Shown here in pieces: positions 40,411-48,744 of a DNA stretch of 64,000 nt (position 1 is its first letter; the number at the start of each line of letters is the position of its first letter). The notes beneath the pieces were generated by a model that was given only the letters and a program-made list of their open reading frames with translations, did no database searches and was not told the DNA's origin. Both the position numbers and the translations under genes were made by a program. The DNA lies in the NCBI GenBank assembly GCA_965209055.1, contig OZ242374.1:4448001-4512000 (forward strand), given 5' to 3'. This stretch comes from Acidobacteriota bacterium (GTDB taxonomy: Bacteria > Acidobacteriota > UBA6911 > RPQK01 > JAJDTT01).

Positions 40411-43023
40411 TTACTTGCGGCGGGTCCAGGTTTCGAAGTTCCAGAGCTCCGAATCCCAGGCGTTCAACCGCACACCCTCGATTTCGTTGGAGTGGGCCGA
40501 AACGTACCCGCGGTGAATCAACGGGATGATCGAGTAGCTCTGCACCAGCATGTCGTTCAGGGCAATCGTGAGCTGGGCGCGCCGTTCCTGGTCGACGGTG
40601 CGCTGGAGTTCGGCGTGGACACGGTCATATTCGCCAGACTGGAAGCGCTGGACGTTTCCGCCGCGGAACGAGTTGGATGCCCCGGCGATCTCAGACGTGA
40701 CCCAGGCGCCCAGATAGCCTTCCGGGTCCACAAAGGATGAGCCGTTGGTATACATCTGAACGTCGGCGTAGAACTTGCCCACCGTGTCGGGGCTTTCCGG
40801 ATCTCCACCGAAGAACACCGAAGCGACGACGTCCTTCAATTCGGTCTCGACGCCGATCTCCGCCCACCAGCCCTTGATGTGCTCCTGGGTGGTCTGACGG
40901 ACGGCATTGGTCGATGTCTGGAACAGGATCTTGAGCGGAACCCCGTTGCGCTCCCGCACGCCGTCTCCGTCCGAGTCGACGATTCCGGCGCCGTCGAGAA
41001 TCTCCCTGGCGAGATCGAGGTTCTGGACGAGACATTCATCGTTGTTGGTCGATGCCTGGCCTGGAGGATACGGCCAGAGGTTGCACGTCGACCGGCCGGC
41101 AAGCGGACCATACCCGACCCGAACCAGAGTGTCGCGGTCGATGGCCAGGGAGAGGGCGCGGCCCACGACCGGATCGCTCAGGAACGGGTGGGGGTTCGTC
41201 CCTCCGGCGTACTCCGACCGGAGTTCCCCCAGACTTGGATCCGGGTTCGTCTGGTTGAGCATGAGGCGCTCGACGGCGGTGGCGAAACCGGTGACGATGG
41301 ATCCGCCTCCGCCCTCCGCCAGAGATTCCAGGACATCCGGTTCAATCTGGAGATTCCAGGCATAGTCCGCTTCGTTGAGCTGCAGCACGGCTCTTGCAGC
41401 ATCAGTGGCGTCACCGCCCCCCTGCATCATCACCTCGCCAAAATAGGGAACGCCGTAATCCACGCCCCGGTACAGCGGATTGAACTCGTAGCGGACGGAC
41501 TCGTTGCTGCTGAAATCGGCCACCACGTACGGTCCCGTGCCGATGGGCTGCTGGTTCGCTTCCGTACATCCGGCGGCCGACGCGCCCAGGCAGTCAGCGA
41601 ACTGCGCAGCCTGGAGAATCGGACCGTTGTAGGTCACGAACGGGGAAAACGGGAATGACGTCGGTCCATCGAACGTGATGGTGACGGTCCGGTCATCGAC
41701 GGCGTCGACCGAGCTTACGTTCGCGAACTTCGCCGCGTGGACGCAGCCGGCATCCGGCGCCGTGCAGTACCGCCAGGTGAATACGACATCTTCGGCCGTG
41801 CAGGGCGTTCCGTCGGACCAGACCACGTCCTCCCGAAGTGTCCAGGTAATCCGGGTCCGATCGGCCGAGACGCCGCCGTTGGCGAGAGTCGGAACCTTGT
41901 CGGCCAGAACCGGGACCAATTCCCCGTCGGGGTTGTACTCGGCCAGCGGCTCGATGACCAGGGATGCGCCTTCGGCTTCCTTGGTGCCGCGCGAAAGGTA
42001 CGGGTTGAGGATGGTCGGGGCCTGCCAATAGCGGAGCGTCGCCATCCCGCCCTCGCCGGCTCGATCCAGGTAGTAGCCGGCGCCGACCAGGATCGGCAGC
42101 CCATAGGAAACGACCCGCTTGACGAAAACCATCTTCCGGCGCTTCGTCTGGGTAGCGGGATTGAGGGACTTGTAATAGAGGAACGTCTCGCCGAACGCCT
42201 GCGCCACACTCAGGTCGTCCCGGTCGCTGTGCGACGTCAACTCGGAATCGGCGTAAGACCACTCTTCACGGGACGAGTCCCCGCTGAAGAGCGTCTTGCC
42301 GTGCCGGTCCACACCGAAGACGTAGATCGACTTGTGTGTCCACCGTGGGTCGGCAGACAGAGAGATGGAGGCGAAGTAGCCGTTCGCTTCCAGCTCCAGC
42401 GCGGCGCAGCGGACGAACTCCTGAAGTCTGTCCGCGGAAGGCTCGGCGGCCAGATCCATGGCGTTGACGTCTTCCGGCCTGCAGTTGCCGGGCAGGTCGG
42501 GGCGGTAGATGCCCGCGCCGATGGAGGCGGGGATTCCATCCCAGTCGATGGCTTTGAGGAAGGAGGCTTTCGGCGCCGGCTCTCCGGTCTCCGGATGCGG
42601 GGAGGCGTAGTAGATCCATGCCTCGTCGAATTTGGTCATGAGGCGGTACTGTTCCGCGTACCAGTCGTTGCCCCAGACATCGACATACAGCCCCCACGGC
42701 TGGCCTTCTCTCGACGGGTCACGCGGATAGACCAGCGACCTGGACTGATCGCTCACCGGCGACACCTCGTCCACGAAGACATAGATCGACCCGCTCTTCC
42801 ACCGGTCGTCCTCGTGGAAGGCCCGCCGAGCCTCCTCGAACCCCATTTCCTGGACATACTCGTGGGCGCATCGTACGAACGCCTGAACGTCCTCCGGAGT
42901 TCGGACGGCGCCCGCCGCAACGGAATTGTCGGAACAGGTCAGGTTTTCAGCGGCGGCGAAACCGGAACCGCCGATCAACAGGATCAAGGGAATACATAAT
43001 GGAGGGAGTGCCCGTCTCTTCAT
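40411..43023 (-). CDS. Peptide ABC substrate-binding protein (family 5) fused to two N-terminal Cache-like repeats
   Basis: The C-terminal ~545 aa have YWQAPTILNPYL, WSDGTP.TAEDV and PIGTGPY. The N-terminus has two repeats of FVRCA...W...SIYVF...GAGxY. Confidence 0.85.
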   Translation of the reverse strand: MKRRALPPLCIPLILLIGGSGFAAAENLTCSDNSVAAGAVRTPEDVQAFVRCAHEYVQEMGFEEARRAFHEDDRWKSGSIYVFVDEVSPVSDQSRSLVYPRDPSREGQPWGLYVDVWGNDWYAEQYRLMTKFDEAWIYYASPHPETGEPAPKASFLKAIDWDGIPASIGAGIYRPDLPGNCRPEDVNAMDLAAEPSADRLQEFVRCAALELEANGYFASISLSADPRWTHKSIYVFGVDRHGKTLFSGDSSREEWSYADSELTSHSDRDDLSVAQAFGETFLYYKSLNPATQTKRRKMVFVKRVVSYGLPILVGAGYYLDRAGEGGMATLRYWQAPTILNPYLSRGTKEAEGASLVIEPLAEYNPDGELVPVLADKVPTLANGGVSADRTRITWTLREDVVWSDGTPCTAEDVVFTWRYCTAPDAGCVHAAKFANVSSVDAVDDRTVTITFDGPTSFPFSPFVTYNGPILQAAQFADCLGASAAGCTEANQQPIGTGPYVVADFSSNESVRYEFNPLYRGVDYGVPYFGEVMMQGGGDATDAARAVLQLNEADYAWNLQIEPDVLESLAEGGGGSIVTGFATAVERLMLNQTNPDPSLGELRSEYAGGTNPHPFLSDPVVGRALSLAIDRDTLVRVGYGPLAGRSTCNLWPYPPGQASTNNDECLVQNLDLAREILDGAGIVDSDGDGVRERNGVPLKILFQTSTNAVRQTTQEHIKGWWAEIGVETELKDVVASVFFGGDPESPDTVGKFYADVQMYTNGSSFVDPEGYLGAWVTSEIAGASNSFRGGNVQRFQSGEYDRVHAELQRTVDQERRAQLTIALNDMLVQSYSIIPLIHRGYVSAHSNEIEGVRLNAWDSELWNFETWTRRK

Positions 43024-43152
43024 GGGACGAACAGACTACCACGGGCGGATGTGATATCAAGACGGGCGGGTCGGCGAAAAGTCCCCGGCTTCCGCGGTCG
43101 CGGGCGGACGGAATACGCCGCCGACGGCACACTCGCGAAAGGAGCCTGAATC

Positions 43153-43953
43153 GTGAATCTGGAGCAGATCCTGCTGCATCTGAGGCTGGACGGCTTCTGC
43201 GTGGTGGAAGGGGTCATTCCCCAGGAGGAGGTCCGGACCATTCGACGCGAGGTCGAGGCCGTCATGGCGGCGCAGGGTTCGGCCGACACCTACCAGGGTG
43301 TGACCAGCGCCTTCGGCGTGCTGGATTCCATCCCCACGTTCGTTCCCTACCTGGCGGATGAGACGGTCATGGCCGTGGCCCGCGCCTGGTTCGGCGGCCA
43401 CCTGCGGATCTCCTACACAGGGAGCATGATTACCGAACCGGGAAACGAGCGGGGCCGCTGGCACGCGGACTGGCCCTACAACCAGGAAAAGGCCGCCCAC
43501 GTCCCGGCTCCCTACCCCGACACGCCGTTCCAGCTCTCCTCCATCTGGATGATTTCCGACTTTACCGACGAAAACGGCGGCACCTGGATCGTCCCCGGCA
43601 GCCACCGGACCTCGGACAATCCCACCGGCGACATCGGAGTTCCCCTGTTCGAACCTTACCCCACCGAGCGGCACGCCACCGGTCCGGCGGGCAGCGTCTT
43701 TCTCTTCGACAGCCGGCTCTGGCACGCCACGGCGAGCAACGAGAGCGGCGGACGCCGCATCAGCATGATCGTGCGTTACGTTCCGTGGTGGCTGGACACG
43801 CGGGTCCTGATGCCGGGAACCAGAGCGCGCCGGACCATGGTGGACGAGCCGGGCTTGCCGGAGAACGAGATCCCGCCGGTGAGACCGGCCGTCTACGAAC
43901 GCCTCCCGGAAACGGTGAAGCCCCTTTACCGCCATTGGGTCAGGAGTTACTGA
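43153..43953 (+). CDS. Phytanoyl-CoA dioxygenase family protein
   Basis: WHADWP, NGGTWIVPGSH and FDSRLWH. Confidence 0.88.
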   Translation: MNLEQILLHLRLDGFCVVEGVIPQEEVRTIRREVEAVMAAQGSADTYQGVTSAFGVLDSIPTFVPYLADETVMAVARAWFGGHLRISYTGSMITEPGNERGRWHADWPYNQEKAAHVPAPYPDTPFQLSSIWMISDFTDENGGTWIVPGSHRTSDNPTGDIGVPLFEPYPTERHATGPAGSVFLFDSRLWHATASNESGGRRISMIVRYVPWWLDTRVLMPGTRARRTMVDEPGLPENEIPPVRPAVYERLPETVKPLYRHWVRSY

Positions 43954-43998
43954 CACTTTCCTCGGAGGCGCCTGAACAAACGAAGAGTCCAACTGACC

Positions 43999-44799
43999 AT
44001 GAACATGCACCGAGCGGCGGATACTCCGAGCGCCTTTCGGGAACGGTGGAACGGCTGGCTCAATTTCTCCTTGGCCGCATCCCTGGTTCCCTTCTCCTAT
44101 CGGTTCCCTCCCCTGGACCGCATGGTCGATATGGTCCGCCGGGATGAGGGAGTCCGGGTCCTGAGCGGAAGACAGGGAGACCGCATGGACGAGACCGACA
44201 TCTCGCGCCAATTCCGGTCCCTTCCCATCCAGGAGGCCCTGGACTCACCATTCCAGATGTCCCATTTCGACCTTGCCCGGTTCCAGCGACCGGGCGGGAT
44301 CCTGGAGGGACTGGAGGAGCAGGTGATGGTTCCCTGGAAGCGTTTCCTCCGTTCGGCCGGCTTCACTTGGCGGAGATGCTTCCCCATCCTGTTCTTCTCG
44401 GGTCCGGGCTGCGCCACCAACTACCACATGGACCTCTCCCACGTCCTGGCCTGGCAGATCTACGGGACCAAGCATTTCCATGGCCTGACGGATCCCGGCC
44501 GCTGGGCGCCCCTGGACAAGGTGGTGCAGCAAGCCCGCCGGGAGGAGTTGTCCAAGCCTCGCAGACTAAAGCCCGAGGATGTCCTCACTTTCGTCATGAA
44601 GCCGGGCGACTGCCTCTGGAACCAGCTCCTGACGCCCCACTGGGTGGAAGCAAGCTCGGAGACGGCCGTGAGCCTGAACCTCTCTCACGGAGGACTGCGC
44701 TGCCAGGGCCGGCTCGCGCCCCAGGAGCAAGCCTTGGAAGAGTGGTGGAAGACCCACCCTGACGAAGTCTGGCTGGGACCGCCGCATCTGCTGGAATAG
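43999..44799 (+). CDS. Cupin/JmjC-like hypothetical oxygenase
   Basis: TNYHMD (HxD), WQIYGTKHF and MKPGDCLW..TPHWV. Confidence 0.72.
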   Translation: MNMHRAADTPSAFRERWNGWLNFSLAASLVPFSYRFPPLDRMVDMVRRDEGVRVLSGRQGDRMDETDISRQFRSLPIQEALDSPFQMSHFDLARFQRPGGILEGLEEQVMVPWKRFLRSAGFTWRRCFPILFFSGPGCATNYHMDLSHVLAWQIYGTKHFHGLTDPGRWAPLDKVVQQARREELSKPRRLKPEDVLTFVMKPGDCLWNQLLTPHWVEASSETAVSLNLSHGGLRCQGRLAPQEQALEEWWKTHPDEVWLGPPHLLE

Positions 44800-44824
44800 G
44801 AGGTGGGACTGTTAGTCCCCCACT
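44793..44824. repeat. REP-like repeat unit (uninterrupted copy of the element's target site)
   Basis: ggaataggaggtgggactgttagtcccccact. 30/32 identical to the reconstructed empty site at 47120/49918. Confidence 0.85.
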
Positions 44825-44880
44825 GGAAGGGCGACTGTCCAGGCGACCATTCTTTCCAAATACAAAGTAGGATAGAGCGC

Positions 44881-45783
44881 ATGTTCGAAGAATTCACCCG
44901 AACCCGGATCGACGCCGACGGCACCTCCATCCACCTCGTCCACGGCGGACAGGGCCCTCCGCTCCTGCTGCTTCACGGATACCCCCAGACCCACGTCATG
45001 TGGCACAAGACGGCGCCGCTGCTGGCGCCGCACTTCACCGTGGTCGCACCCGACCTGCGCGGCTACGGCGACAGCGGAAAACCTCCCGTCCCCGCGGGAG
45101 ACCTGAGCGTCTACTGCAAGCGGACCACGGCCAACGACCAGGTCCAGGTCATGGCCCATCTCGGGTTCGATTCCTTCCACGTCGTGGGCCACGATCGCGG
45201 CGCCCGGGTCGGACACCGGATGGCCCTGGACCATCCGGACCGGGTCCGAACCCTGACCTCCCTGGACGTGGTCCCCTCCCAGGCGGCCTTCGACAAAATG
45301 GACAAGGACCTGTCTTTTTCCTGGTTTCACTGGCATTTAATGCGGCAACCCGAACCTTTTCCTGAAACTCTTATCGGCAACAGCGCCAAGTTCTACCTGG
45401 ACTTCCTCCTGGAGCGATGGTGCGGCATCGAAGGCTCCATCACCCCGGAGGCCTACGACGAGTATCTACGCTGTTTCTCCGACCCCGAGACGATCCGCGC
45501 CACCTGCCTGGACTACCGGGGCATCGAGCTGGACCTGGTCCACGACGAGGAGGACCGGGAACGGCGGCTGAGCTGTCCGGTGCTGGCGCTCTGGGGCAGC
45601 GACACCACCAAGCGTCCAGGTTGGCAGACCGGAGCCAGTCTGGATATGCTCACGGTGTGGCGGGAGAGAGCCGTGGACGTCCGGGGCCGAGCCTTGGCCT
45701 GCGGGCACTTCCTGCCCGAGGAGCTGCCCCAGGAGACAGCCGGCGAAATCATGAAGTTCCTGGGAGTCCGCCCAGATTCCTGA
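44881..45783 (+). CDS. Alpha/beta hydrolase, fluoroacetate dehalogenase-like
   Basis: LLHGYPQTHVMWH, DLRGYGDS, GHDRGARV and CGHFLPEE. Confidence 0.9.
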   Translation: MFEEFTRTRIDADGTSIHLVHGGQGPPLLLLHGYPQTHVMWHKTAPLLAPHFTVVAPDLRGYGDSGKPPVPAGDLSVYCKRTTANDQVQVMAHLGFDSFHVVGHDRGARVGHRMALDHPDRVRTLTSLDVVPSQAAFDKMDKDLSFSWFHWHLMRQPEPFPETLIGNSAKFYLDFLLERWCGIEGSITPEAYDEYLRCFSDPETIRATCLDYRGIELDLVHDEEDRERRLSCPVLALWGSDTTKRPGWQTGASLDMLTVWRERAVDVRGRALACGHFLPEELPQETAGEIMKFLGVRPDS

Positions 45784-45821
45784 ATCATCGGCGTGAGTCT
45801 TGGATTGAAGGAGAACCCCTG

Positions 45822-47120
45822 ATGATGAGACGTCCCTTCCAGTTGCTCGCCCCGACCGCGCTCGCCATCGTCATCGGCGCCTGCCAGCCGGCTCCCGAGC
45901 CAAAGACGCCATCCGACCCGCCCAAGATCCGTCTGGAGGTGGGTGATCCCGTGACGGTGCCTACCGGCCAATACCCGGGCCTGTCCTACGGGCCCCGGAT
46001 GGTGACCCTGCCGGACGGAAGAGTCCTGGTCGGCCGGGGAGAGATCGCCTTGACCACGACCGACTCGGGGGCGACATGGGACGTGGGCCCGGCCATCGCC
46101 AGGCCGCACCTGCTTCCTCTCCGGGACGGAAGCTATTTCTTCCTGAAGGGCCGCGGTTCCGCCACCGGCGAGCCGGGGCTGTTCTCCCTGGAAATGGCGC
46201 ACGTCCAGTCCCTGGATGAAAACGCCACCGAAGAACGGATCTCCTGGTCCCCCGCCACGGCGCGCGTCGACCGTTGGACGCCGCTGACGGCCGACAACGA
46301 GAGCGAAGTGGACTACCTGGGCGTCGGGGGCCCGTTCCTGGAGTTGGATGACGGGACCCTGCTGGCCGCCTGCTACGGGAATTTCAAGGGAGACACGGTG
46401 CCCATGGAGGGATTTCCCGCCACCAGCGGCCAGAAGTGGTTCAAGTACCGAACCTACCTGTTGTCCTCCAGCGACGGCGGCGCCACCTGGGAGTACCTCT
46501 CCACCATCGCCTACGACGGAGTCACGGGCCAGGAGAGCTTCTGCGAACCGGCCATGGTGGACCTTAGCGGCGGGGAGTTGTTGGCGGTGATGCGGACCGG
46601 CCGTTTCGCGCCCATGTTCCAGGTCCGTTCCCTGGACGGCGGCAATACCTGGCAGGAACCGGAGTCCATGCACATCCTGGGTCTGGCGCCCCAGATGGTC
46701 CTGCTGGAGAACGGCGCCCTCGTGTGCAGCTTCGGCTGGAGACGTCTGAAGGTGGGCTACGGCCATGGACTCAACGACGAGGGCGGACCGTACCCGGTCG
46801 CATTGCGGGATTACCAGGAACGCTATCTTCAAGACGTGGGCATCGAGAACCCGTCCGAAGCGGCCGGCGATTACGTGATGGTCAGCCTGGACAAGGGGAA
46901 GACCTGGTCCGAGCCCCGCAAGTTCGCCGAGCCCCTCACCTCCGGGTACACTCTCTTGGCCGCCACCGGACCCGACACCGTCCTGGTCATGTCAGCCAGA
47001 CTCACCATTCCGGGCCAGTCCCAGGAGCGTCACCTGGAGATCTGGGAGCGGGAATGGCCCCAGTGGTCCGACAAGTCCGTCGTGGTAAGAGTCGCCCGAA
47101 AGATCCGCGTCGTGCTGTAG
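45822..47120 (+). CDS. Sialidase/BNR (Asp-box) repeat lipoprotein
   Basis: Lipobox IGAC. Asp-boxes TTDSGATW, SSDGGATW, SLDGGNTW and SLDKGKTW. Confidence 0.85.
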   Translation: MMRRPFQLLAPTALAIVIGACQPAPEPKTPSDPPKIRLEVGDPVTVPTGQYPGLSYGPRMVTLPDGRVLVGRGEIALTTTDSGATWDVGPAIARPHLLPLRDGSYFFLKGRGSATGEPGLFSLEMAHVQSLDENATEERISWSPATARVDRWTPLTADNESEVDYLGVGGPFLELDDGTLLAACYGNFKGDTVPMEGFPATSGQKWFKYRTYLLSSSDGGATWEYLSTIAYDGVTGQESFCEPAMVDLSGGELLAVMRTGRFAPMFQVRSLDGGNTWQEPESMHILGLAPQMVLLENGALVCSFGWRRLKVGYGHGLNDEGGPYPVALRDYQERYLQDVGIENPSEAAGDYVMVSLDKGKTWSEPRKFAEPLTSGYTLLAATGPDTVLVMSARLTIPGQSQERHLEIWEREWPQWSDKSVVVRVARKIRVVL

Positions 47121-47393
47121 GAATAGGAGGGGGGACTGTTAGTCCCAACTGTCCCACAGTCAAAGACTACCGAACGTTAACGTTTTCAATATGTTACCGG
47201 GTTCTTCGCCGGACCGGTAAGGTGTTTGACTCCCCATGTTTGACGTGCTGAACAGGCAACAAACAGGCAGCCGAATCGGTTCCTGACAGCCGCCCCGCCC
47301 TTTTTTCCCCTTCCGGTGCCTGGCTCAGAGCCCTTATCAGTTAGGCTTTGCTGACCGTTTGGCTCCACCGCAGGACTCAGCCTGAGGCCGAAG

Positions 47394-47621
47394 GTGTCCG
47401 GCTTCGAACGGCTCGGCATTCCCAAGCATCAGCATCCCCGGCAAGTGTACTACGGCACGGTCGGGAAGACCCGGCACTACTTGGCGTTCAAACTGCCGAT
47501 TGCCGTCGAGGACGACAGGGCCGTCCTCGTCGGTGTCGATCCGGAGCCTGTGGCCACCAAGGGTCTGCGCTCCTGGATGGCGGCGCACCGGCGGTGGAGG
47601 AGCGCTCCGTCTCAGTTGTGA
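47394..47621 (+). pseudogene. Short hypothetical ORF, probably a gene fragment, inside the element
   Basis: 75-aa ORF with protein-like composition (RHYLAFKLPIAVEDDRAVLVGVDP). No RBS. Function not recognised. Confidence 0.4.
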
Positions 47622-47831
47622 TCGAGATGACCACTCTCGGCCGCCGCAAAGATTTTTGGAGACTCGTTTCGGGTGTGCGTCAAGGGGTCTCGCGCCCGAT
47701 CCGGGAGTGTGAATGGGACATGGGGGGTGGATTCACAAAAAGCGGTCCCGGTGATTCACACCTCCGCTTTCCCCGATCGTTTTTCCTTTCAGTCAGTTAC
47801 GGCCCCCTACCCCCGGACGCCGGCGCCCGCA

Positions 47832-47959
47832 CGGGGAGATCGGAGGTGGACGGGAGCGACCCCCCCTTTTTGCTGCCCGGTGCGGGCGCGGGGGTGTTGC
47901 GCGATTCACATCTGCGCAACACCCCCTGGGGGGGTCGCTCCCGTCTCAATTATCCTTGC
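47832..47959 (+). ncRNA. Candidate structured RNA/ssDNA element, copy A (three-way junction)
   Basis: 18-bp outer stem (47849-47866/47928-47945) encloses 6-bp and 13-bp hairpins. Covaries with copy B. Confidence 0.6.
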
Positions 47960-48405
47960 AGGAAGGCCCGGAGGAAGACCGTGGACCGGGTGGACCTGTC
48001 CCCCCAAACCCCCCAGTGGCGCCAGAACCCCTGGCGGCTCACATTGCCGCCAGTGAACCTGACGCTCGTCGCGGGTGGGCCAGCCCCCCCGAACCCCCCG
48101 GATGCGAAGAGACACATACCAACTGAAAATCCCTTCCAGAGAGCGCCGAGGCCCTGGGTTCGAGCCTCCCCACCGTGTGGAAAATCAGAGATTTCCCACA
48201 GGGTGCGTCGTTTTGCCGACCCTACAATCAGCGCCCCCCACCAAAGAAAGTCTGCTCCCGGCTGGAAGCCGTCCGAGACCGCGCGAGGGACCCATTCCTA
48301 TGGGACGCGACAAACAGGAGCGCGTGAAAAAGGGTCAGGCAGGGTGAGCCTGACTCTTTGAGGGCGCCACTGGGGGGTCTGGGGGGAAAGGTTCCCCCCG
48401 GTCCG

Positions 48406-48685
48406 TCATCCGTTCCGGCTGGCCGGCCTCGCGGACCAGGACGTCACCGGCCCGCCGTTGGAGGACCTCGACCACGGTCGCGGTCCAGGTCTCTTGGCCC
48501 CGCGTCGTGATCGGGATGGAGCCGCCGAGAAGGCGCTCGGGGAGCTTGCCGGTGGCCGCAAGGCAGGACGAACTCCAGGAGCCCTCTTCGAGCTTGTAGG
48601 GACTCCACGCCGACGATACGGAGCTTTCGCAGGTGTTTTGCCATCGACACCGGAGAGGTTGGACAGGGGCCGTGCTGGCGGCCAT
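48406..48685 (-). CDS. Small hypothetical protein (possibly degenerate), divergent from the integrase; boundaries approximate
   Basis: The segment SPYKLEEGSW...LPERLLGGSIPITTRGQETWTATVVEVLQR...VLVR looks like a small beta-domain. The ORF-track frame (48335-48685) runs on into the structured region, so the 3' boundary given here is not a stop codon. Confidence 0.35.
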
Positions 48686-48744
48686 GGACAGGTGGTACGA
48701 TTCGCCCCATGGCGAAGAACCCGGATCCGGAAAGGAGGAGATGC

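Noticed and set aside
48286-48310. cccattc/cctat in the structured region match the target-site flanks (bridge-RNA-like guide idea)
   Set aside because: Matches of 5-7 nt are expected by chance. It needs covariation data across elements.
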